Assembly (NCBI RefSeq): GCF_964188315.1
Contig: NC_135667.1
Span: 26,350,001-26,414,000 of the forward strand
DNA length: 64,000 bases
Reading direction: 5' to 3'
Source: Podarcis muralis
Taxonomy: Eukaryota
Positions 56,113 through 64,000 of this stretch are shown piece after piece. The notes beneath the pieces are model-generated. The model was not told the origin of the DNA and did no database searches. It saw nothing but the letters and a program-made list of their open reading frames with translations. Every line of letters begins with the position of its first letter. The stretch's first letter is position 1. The position numbers were made by a program, and so were the translations under genes.

Positions 56113-56954
56113 TTAACCAGCATAGTCTAATATTGCAGACTAGGTTCTACCGTGGGAACATAGCCAGCCCTACTCACTCTCTCACACACATGTGTGTGTG
56201 TGCGCATGCACATGAGGGAGAGGTGGACATAGTCTCTGCTTCACAAGATGATCCATGCAAATCAACTGAGAAGGAAGATCTATTGCCTGCACTCCATTCA
56301 TCAAATGATTTTACTACCACCACCACCAAATGGATGGAGTCTTGGGAGACATTTAACAAAATAATGTTTGAGCACCCCAAATGTGCATTACAACCTCTGG
56401 ACTATAGAATCATAGTAAAGGAAGTGATTCCCCCAAGTGTTGCTGTTTACAAAGAATTGTGTGGTATGGCACTCTAAGGTCTTCCCTGATCTTCATTCAC
56501 ACAATCAACCACTGTATCATTAAGAACAGCTCTGTGACCGCCTGAAAGTGGTCATAATGTGCAGTGACTTCCTGGGGATGTGTATGAGGGGGGCGGGGGG
56601 AGCGGTGGCAATGGCTGCTGACATGTACCCAGATATATTTCCCCCTCTCCATACAAGGACACTGTATACACAGTGATGCATCCATCCCAAACTGTGATAT
56701 CCCATCCCCTCATGTAATCAAAGAAAATAACTCTTTCTTTTTTATTATACATATTTATTCACATTGTGATTTTAAATTATTGCAAGCTGCCCTTGTATAG
56801 AAACAAAACGGGTGGGCTAGTAATCTGTATGTAAATCAGGTATGGCTATCTCGTGGCCCATATTTGGCCACAGGAGGTTTTCATGACCCACAGAGACTAA
56901 ACCTCCCCCCCCCCCCAATTCTGCATACTTTACAGCAGCCACTAAAGCAGCTGT

Positions 56955-57198
56955 GAAGAGTTTGGATTTGATATCCCGCTTTATCACTACACGAAGGAGT
57001 CTCAAAGCTGCTAACATTCTCCTTTCCCTTCCTCCCCCACAACAAACACTCTGTGAGGTGAGTGGGGCTGAGAGACTTTAAAGAAGTGTGACTAGCCCAA
57101 GATCACCCAGCAGCTGCATGTGGAGGAGCGGAGAAGCGAACCCGGTTCCCCAGATTATGAGTCCACCGCTCTTAACCACTACACTACACTGGCTCTCT
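56955..57198 (-). mobile_element. Squam3-type SINE, full length
   Basis: Reverse complement of the element at 29903; ends AAATCCAAACTCTTC. Confidence 0.88.
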
Positions 57199-58732
57199 GT
57201 AGCGGATTTAGGGGAGTGGAACCAGTTCTACTGCATTGTGCGCCAAGCCTAGGGGGCACCACAGACTGTTGTAACTATGTTGAAGTGAAGTGAGCAGAAC
57301 AGAAGGCGAGAGGTGCAAGAGGGGCGGGACCAAATTTTAACTTCACACAGGGTGCCACTGAATTTGAAAGACCAAAGTCCGCCCTTGACAGCAGCAGGTC
57401 AAGCACTTTTTGCAGAACAAGCATTGTCATTTTTAACTTCCACATTGTTTCTGAGAACCCTTGAGTGTCTTGCTGCTATTTGGGGGTGATTTTCCCCAAG
57501 ATCCTTTGGGTTATTTCCCTCCAAAATCAGTGTGCATGACCCTCAATGGCACTGTTTATTTTCATGTTCAAAGGCCTCCCATTGCCCTTTGTGAACTCTC
57601 ATTGTTTGTCTTCAGGCACTAACAAAGCTCCATGGTTAGGTGTGGTGCTTCAGCTGTCAAAGAGAGGTGCACTTAAACATGAGATACCAAATGCATTATG
57701 CATCACTGGAGTGTTCTTTGGACAAAGCAAAATATTGTATCCTGCAGGTGACGCCAACTGAAACACACTTAGTAGTGAGCAAAGTGCTCTGTGATATAAT
57801 TGAGGATCAGTGTTAGAGGAAATGAATGCAGAGGGGAAATGAGAGTTATTAAGGATGTGGAAAGGCAATGTAAATGGATTGAGTTGACTTCCACATTGAG
57901 TGGGCTTCTGGATTTCTCAGGAATGCTCCTTGCTTTTAAGTAAGAGTAGCTGAAACATAAATTGTTGTCTTTTTTCCCTTCCCCTCCCCCCTTTTTGAGT
58001 GCTTGTCTTTTCTATAGCTGCGTGCCCCTGTATGTCCATTTGTGTGTGAGAGAGGGCTTTTGCTTTTCCTGCACTCCCCCCTTGGAAATTGTTCCAATCT
58101 TTGACATTCCTCCATTTCAAGAAAGTCCAGGCGCTGTGCAGGTGGAAAGGGCAGGCAAGACAGTGATGGCAAAGAGCAAGCCCACTAGACACAGCAAGCA
58201 ATTAATTCCAGCTAGTCATAGGTTTGAGTTTTGTTTGTGTCTGAAGGCAATTTCTGTTCTCCTTAATGGATGGAGAATGGTAAAAGGGGGGATTTTTTGT
58301 TACACCACTGCAAACCCCTCAAAAACACTACTTGCTTACCACAAGATTTGTAGGGCTGACACATCAGAACTGTGCTAATGATTGACAGGCCATTACCTCT
58401 TCCAGAGCACCATGGGGATTTCTAGTTCTTTGAGAAGAAATGAAATTTCTAGCAGAAAAGTTCTCTGTGTCTTTCTCACCAAATTGCAGTTCATGTGATT
58501 CTTTATGGAAGTCATGACAGAACACACTTTGTTATTTTGTCTAGTCATTCATCCACCTGTTCCACTCAGCCTCAATCAGCATAGCTAATGGTCATAGATA
58601 GTGGCAGTTATTCAATATCTGAAGGGTCGTAGTTTCTTAACCAATGTCTAAGGAAATGATAGAAAGCATTAAAACAAATATTGCATTTACAATGTCTAAC
58701 TGTTAGAAGGAACAAAATTACAAACCACCTCA

Positions 58733-59447
58733 TCAATGTTCATGCTTGATATGCAAGATATGTCTTAGCCTGCCTATTATCGTTTTAAGGACTCCTTTCA
58801 CTTCCTTATTTATCAGGCTATAGATAATAGGGTTTAACATTGGGGTCACCACTGCATAGAGAAGGGTCATTAATTTATTATTCCTACTTCCCATTTCCAT
58901 AGAACACAGAGACCACCATCAGGTGGGACGAGCAAGTGGAGAATGCTTTGCTCCTGCCCTCGGCAGAAGGCATTGCGAGAATAGCAGAAATTATATGAAT
59001 ATATGAAATAAGGATCAGCAAGAAAAGGAACAACACCACAAAAGTAGCAACCACCAAAAGTTCAATCTCATTTCCAGAGGTGCCCCCACAGGCCAGCTTG
59101 ATTAACGGCACAATGTCACAGAAGAAGTGGTCAATTGTGTTGGAGTGACAGAAAGTTAACCTGAGCATCAACATGGCCTGTATGAAAGCTATGATGGTCC
59201 CACCAAACCATGAACCAGCTACTAGTCCTATACACACCCTCTGGCTCATCATTAGGAAGTAACGCAAGGGGTGACATATTGCTACATAGTGATCATATGC
59301 CATGGCTGTCAAAAGGAAGGACTCAGCAGTTCCTGAAAGAGCAAAGAAGTACATCTGCAGAAGGCATCCAGGGTAGGAGATGCTTCTGGTGTCCAACATA
59401 AAGTTAGCCAACATCTTGGGCACAGTGACTGAAGTGTAGCAGACCTG
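58733..59447 (-). pseudogene. OR pseudogene (5'-truncated, DRY>DHY, ~35 bp frameshifting deletion in TM6/ECL3)
   Basis: Begins at VCYTSVTVPKML next to an L2 tail; MAYDHY; premature stop after FYGNGK; TM7 [18 protein letters not shown] resumes in another frame with ancestral stop at 58733-58735. Confidence 0.93.
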
Positions 59448-59449
59448 TT

Positions 59450-60895
59450 TACTTTTTTATTTTATTTATTAAATTTGTATACTGCCCTTCATCCAAAGAT
59501 CTCAGGGTGGTTCACAGCATAAAAATACAGACTAAACTACAAAGTATATAATAAAAAGAAGAGCAAAAACAAAGCAAAATAATGCCCCCTTTCCCAAACA
59601 CATTTAAAAGGACATAGACTGTTAATCAGCCCAAGATCTGATGGAAGAGAAACATTTTTGCTTGGTGCCTAAAGATGCATAATAAAGGTGCCAGCTGAAC
59701 CTCCCGGGGGAGAGTGTTCCACAATGACCGCTCCCCGCTTAAAACGCCCTTTGCGTGGACGCGCACAGCCCCTAGATCTGGAGTGGCTCCAACAGCATAG
59801 GCTTGGCTTTGCCTTCCCTCAGGTGGGATACCTGGAGGTCTCTGCCTACCTCAGTCAGTTGTCGAATCCCACCTGAGGGAAGCGTTGCCAAGGAGACCAG
59901 GCCAGGTAGGGGAGGGATTACCTGCCCACACAATAGAGGGAGGATCTTACCTGGGAATCCTCACTTGGCTCCAGAGCTTCTCCCACCCTACCCACCCTCA
60001 GTTAATGTCTTATTTTGCAGGTTAACTTTTCTTCACAGGTTTTGCAGGTTAACTTTTCTTCACAGGTTTGCGGGCGCTGCTACGTTAAGGTCGCTGTTAA
60101 AGGGCCGGAAAGGAATTTCCCTGCATTGGCAGGTTTCGCCTTTCCCGTAGCAAAACGTCACAACTTTGGCGGTATCAGGCCTTGGGCGGAATCCTTTAGT
60201 CCATCTTCCTCTTTGCGGCGGCGATACCAGGGTTCCCCATTAAAGGGGTTTCTGAAGGGAGACTTTGACCGTACGCCGAAAGGTCGTCATTGCTCTCCCC
60301 TGCGGCGGCGGCGTAACGGAGGCGGCTATCTCTGCTTGAACATATGTTCTCCAGAGTCGGCCCATCCCCCACACACACACTGGATAACCCTGATGCTCCC
60401 TAGGTCCCTGGCTGGGGACTGGGGAGGGAGAACGCCCAATGCCTGAGTCAAGGTCTACCCACATTTGAAATTTAATAAAGTTGTGGCCAATTTAATCCCA
60501 TAGCACGTTGTCTTGAGTCGTTATTCCACATGACGGGGGGACCGCTCGGGATCTGGGGACTCTGCCTGTCCACGCAAATGAGGGGCCACTGCAGAAAAGG
60601 TCCATTCTCGTGCTGTCATTCTCTGGACCTAAAATGGAGCGGGCACATGGAGAAGGGCTTCAGATGATGACTGGGTTGGTTTACATGAGAGACGGTCTGT
60701 GAGGTCTTGCAGTTCTGAGCCATTAAGGCTTTATGGGTCTAAACCAGCACTTTGAATTGGACCCCAAAACTAAATGGCAGCCACTGTAGTTAGGGCAGGA
60801 TTGGTGTACTATGCTCAAACCATGTTGCTCCAGTGAGCAACCAGGTTACTGAATTCTGCACCAACTGAAGTTCCCATACCATCCTCAGAAACAGT
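59450..60895 (-). mobile_element. L2 LINE 3' portion, interrupted by a nested LTR-like element
   Basis: (TAAA)n tail and GATCTTTGGATGAAGGGCAGTATACAAAT terminus on the minus strand; L2 sequence resumes at 60577. Confidence 0.8.
59728..60576 (+). mobile_element. Unclassified LTR-like element nested in L2
   Basis: Candidate 5 bp TSD AATGA (59723-59727, 60577-60581); homologous to 46140-46630; AATAAAGTTGTGGCC; internal 27 bp tandem duplication (60013-60066). Confidence 0.6.
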
Positions 60896-61236
60896 CCAGT
60901 GAAGCTGTTGTAGCAAGAGAGTTATATATTTCATTTAGAGCACACTCCAGGTAAAGCAAATCAAGTTTATGTCTCATTAATTTACCGGTAAATGACGTAA
61001 CAAAACAAAACAAAAAAACAAGGACCAGTGTAACTTTCTTGCTGAAATCAATTTTTATATTTTAAAAACTTTATCCACCTGGATTCTGTCATTGTTTTCA
61101 GTGTTATTTTGTTTGTTTGTTTGTTTCCTCCTTTCCTTTCCTTTTACAATGTGTATAATTCTGTATACATACAGATACTAATGACCTGCAATACTTAGGT
61201 ATGACATAGAATAGTAAAGAAAAGGTAGAATTAACT

Positions 61237-62181
61237 TTACAATCTAGAAAAAATATTTTTTCTGACCATCAGCCTCTTCAGATAATCTTTCACTTCTTTG
61301 TTCCTGAGGCTATAGATTAAAGGGTTCATCATAGGGCACACAACAGTGTAAAAAAATGAGAGCACTCTGCCAGTTTCCATTGAATAATCAGATTTAGGTC
61401 TTAAGTATGCTAAAACTCCAGCTCCATAGAACAGAGTTACCATTGTGATGTGAGAAGAACAAGTGGAGAAGGCTTTGCTTCTGCTGGTGGCAGAGGACAT
61501 CTTCATGATAATAAGGAGGATATGGGTGTAGGAGATGAGAATAAGCATAAAGGGTAGCATTATGAAGACTACAGTGACAGTGAACATTATGATTTCATTC
61601 TTAAAAGTGTCTGAACAGGCAAGACTCAGAAGTGGTGGAAGGTCACAGAAGAAGTGGTTGATCCTGTTGGGCCCACAGAAAGGTAGAGTGAATATGAATG
61701 TTACTGGTACCAAAACCACCAGCACTCCAATGAGCCAGCAGGTCACAGAAATCTTCAGACAAATGGTCTTGTTCATAATGACTGTGTAATGCAAAGGGTG
61801 ACATATCGCCACGTAGCGATCATACGCCATGGCAGCCAACAAGCAACATTCTGCTATTCCAAGGGAACCAAAGAAATACATTTGTGTGGCACAGCCAATG
61901 AATGAGATGCTCATGTCTTTTGACAGAAGATTTGAGAGCCATTTGGGGATTATTGTCGAGGTGTAACCAATCTCCAAGAAAGATAAATTCCGAAGGAAGA
62001 AATACATGGGGGAATGAAGAGCAGAATTGGTTAAAGTAGCAACGATGATGAAAGTGTTTCCCATCAAGATCATAAGGTACAAAGTCAGCACCAGAAGGAA
62101 TAGGATGATCTTTATAGAATGTACATCAGTTAACGGCTCAAAAATGAATTGAGACACAGACGACTGGTTCCTACCATCCAT
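61237..62181 (-). CDS. Olfactory receptor, OR10-like, 314 aa, intact
   Basis: NQS sequon, LHSPMYFFLRNLS, MAYDRYVAIC, HFFCD, KAFSTCSSH and NPLIYSLRN motifs. Confidence 0.96.
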   Translation of the reverse strand: MDGRNQSSVSQFIFEPLTDVHSIKIILFLLVLTLYLMILMGNTFIIVATLTNSALHSPMYFFLRNLSFLEIGYTSTIIPKWLSNLLSKDMSISFIGCATQMYFFGSLGIAECCLLAAMAYDRYVAICHPLHYTVIMNKTICLKISVTCWLIGVLVVLVPVTFIFTLPFCGPNRINHFFCDLPPLLSLACSDTFKNEIIMFTVTVVFIMLPFMLILISYTHILLIIMKMSSATSRSKAFSTCSSHITMVTLFYGAGVLAYLRPKSDYSMETGRVLSFFYTVVCPMMNPLIYSLRNKEVKDYLKRLMVRKNIFSRL

Positions 62182-63499
62182 GTTGATAGTTCAAAGCATT
62201 ATCATCAAGATATTTTCCCTCATTGCAGAAAAACTCTTTTTCCCCCACAGCAGGTTGCATCTAATTTAAATAAGAAAAAAATGTAAATAAATAGTACCCA
62301 AATGCATGTTGATAGTGAATAATGACAGTAAACATTGTGCCTGCAGCAGCACTTGGGAGGGGGGCTGAAAAATGAAGCAAAGTTAGGTGTTTGAGGGCAC
62401 TTTATTCCTCTTCAAATTGAAGTCTGATGCCAATAAAGTCAGATCAGGTCTCCCGCAAAGTCTCACACCACTTTGCTGTTTTGTTGTTTCTGTTTTATTT
62501 TGCTCCTTTTAGCTCTTTTCCCCTATGGCCGTGGGCTTTGGCAAAAAGAAAGCTGTCCAAAACATTGTCTGCAGAGCACCAAACGGTTCTGGATGATATT
62601 GTTGTTAAAGCAGAGCAGCAGGATTTTATTAGAAAGCTAAATGCTTCATTTTTAAGAATAATATAAAAAAGAGTCCATTCCTCTGTTTGAAAGGGCTAGG
62701 TATAGGAATTCTCAAGAGTTTTGCAGCACAGGCAATATTCGGTGTAAGCTCACCTTACCAGTCCTAATGGAAGACTTTCTTTCACTCCAGACACAGACAA
62801 GCACAAGAAAGCTAACCTGGTCATGTGAAGCAGCTAATGTTTTAGAAATGTGCAAGCAAGAATACATACCACTTGGTGCTGCCTAATTATTTTAAGCTAA
62901 GAAGAACAAGCTACAAACCCCTGCTCCCCATTTAGAAAATATGAAAGTAATGTGATTTTGGGAGTTTCAATTGAATCACCATTATTTACATTTCTTGATT
63001 GCTTTTAGCCATGACAAGTCAAAAGAATTTACAATATTTTAGGCAAAAAAAAAACCAATGCATACTGTCGCATGCTACCCCAATCTCTGAAAGGTGCGAG
63101 ATTCCAGGAGTTTGAGGCACTTGCCCAGGATTCGGTTTCCTTGGAATGAGGGACAGCAGTGACGGTGGTGGCTGCATGATATATGGTTTACACATATATA
63201 AAACCTGAGCCTAAGCACCCCAGAAGGTTGTGCTTCTCCCATATTCACAGCCTTGGGATCAAACAGGAAACAAACATGGCTCTCACTCTCTGGCTTTTGT
63301 CTGCTTCTAGTCCAGCTCATACACACTCAACTGCCCTGGTTTTTGTTTTTCCTCACTACCAGCCAGGTACTCTTCTAGCACAAAGTCACTTCATTTGTTA
63401 TACTAATGACCATACTTGTGGCCATTAACTCAACAAGAATATTGCTTGGCTGATTCAACAGTGCAATTCTCCATTGGATTTTTAACACTTGCAGGTCCC

Positions 63500-63770
63500 A
63501 GGACCCCAGAAATTAGAAGGGACTCAGGCACAACAATACATACATTAAAACCAGCATGTGTCATGTGCCTCATGTCCATAACTCTCCCAGGAAGGCTCAC
63601 CTGGCTATTTAAATAATCTATGGCATTTTAAATGGGGGATATTTTTTGTTTGATGCTATGGTATATATTTTGTGTTCTTATATTGTAAATTACCCTATGA
63701 TCCTCAGATGAAGGACGGTATAGAATTTTGATAAATAATAATAAATAAATACATAAATACATAAATAACC
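63500..63770 (+). mobile_element. L2 3' end with (TAAA)n tail
   Basis: TGTAAATTACCCTATGATCCTCAGATGAAGGACGGTATAGAATTTTGATAAATAATAATAAATAAAT; same family as 59450. Confidence 0.7.
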
Positions 63771-64000
63771 AATATTAGTTATTTCACTACCTGACATCAT
63801 GATGATTAGAAAATACTTACCACAGTGTAAATCCACCAAGAGTGATTAGGCAGAGGAGTGAAGGACAAAACGCTCACAGTTCAGCCAAATGTGTTCTGAA
63901 GCAGAAACCACTATGTATTCTAGTGTCAGAAATGCTGGCTATTTCCAGGAACTATGTAGATGTGCATTCCATCTCAGAAATACATAATCCATATAATTTA

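Noticed and set aside
57199-57390. Possible MITE (GTAGCGGATTT...AAGTCCGCCC)
   Set aside because: The terminal inverted match is weak and no TSD was found.
59440-59460. AAACAG|GTC as a splice acceptor rescuing the truncated OR
   Set aside because: The upstream sequence is A-rich with no polypyrimidine tract, and the OR also has DHY and a frameshift.
59803-60464. 115-143 aa ORFs in the nested LTR-like element
   Set aside because: Not conserved in the related copy at 46.1-46.6 kb and no recognisable domain.
35129-61789. Short ORFs overlapping ORs on other frames or strands (e.g. 35129-35392, 39704-40070, 52916-53098, 61535-61789)
   Set aside because: Shadow frames of OR coding sequence with no independent features.

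Overview
Vertebrate genomic DNA from a squamate reptile, most likely a lacertid lizard (inferred from Sauria/Squam1-, Squam2- and Squam3-type SINEs). The window is an olfactory receptor (OR) gene cluster with 11 intact class II OR coding exons and one OR pseudogene. Bases 1-29.9 kb are a young tandem array of six near-identical OR10-like genes in ~4.8 kb units, each with a predicted short 5' intron; the units are recombination mosaics and carry unit-specific LINE/SINE/LTR insertions with clear target-site duplications. From 30-64 kb are five more divergent intact ORs and the pseudogene, interspersed with L1, L2, CR1, RTE, hAT MITEs and LTR elements. Most notable: (1) a 2.3 kb internally deleted endogenous retrovirus with apparently identical 564 bp LTRs, a perfect tRNA-Trp PBS, a probable 6 bp TSD and an avian-leukosis-virus-like env TM, an alpharetrovirus-like signature set in a lizard; (2) one array copy that gained Asp at TM3 position 3.32, the amine-binding position of aminergic GPCRs and TAARs; (3) an intact OR that lost both cysteines of the intra-ECL2 disulfide; (4) a Gypsy-like solo LTR holding a 119-codon ORF with an HMGN-like RRSARL motif; (5) two L1-type insertions sharing a non-canonical TTTCC/A target. 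Everything was read and aligned by eye; repeat family names come from recalled consensus sequences and need database confirmation.
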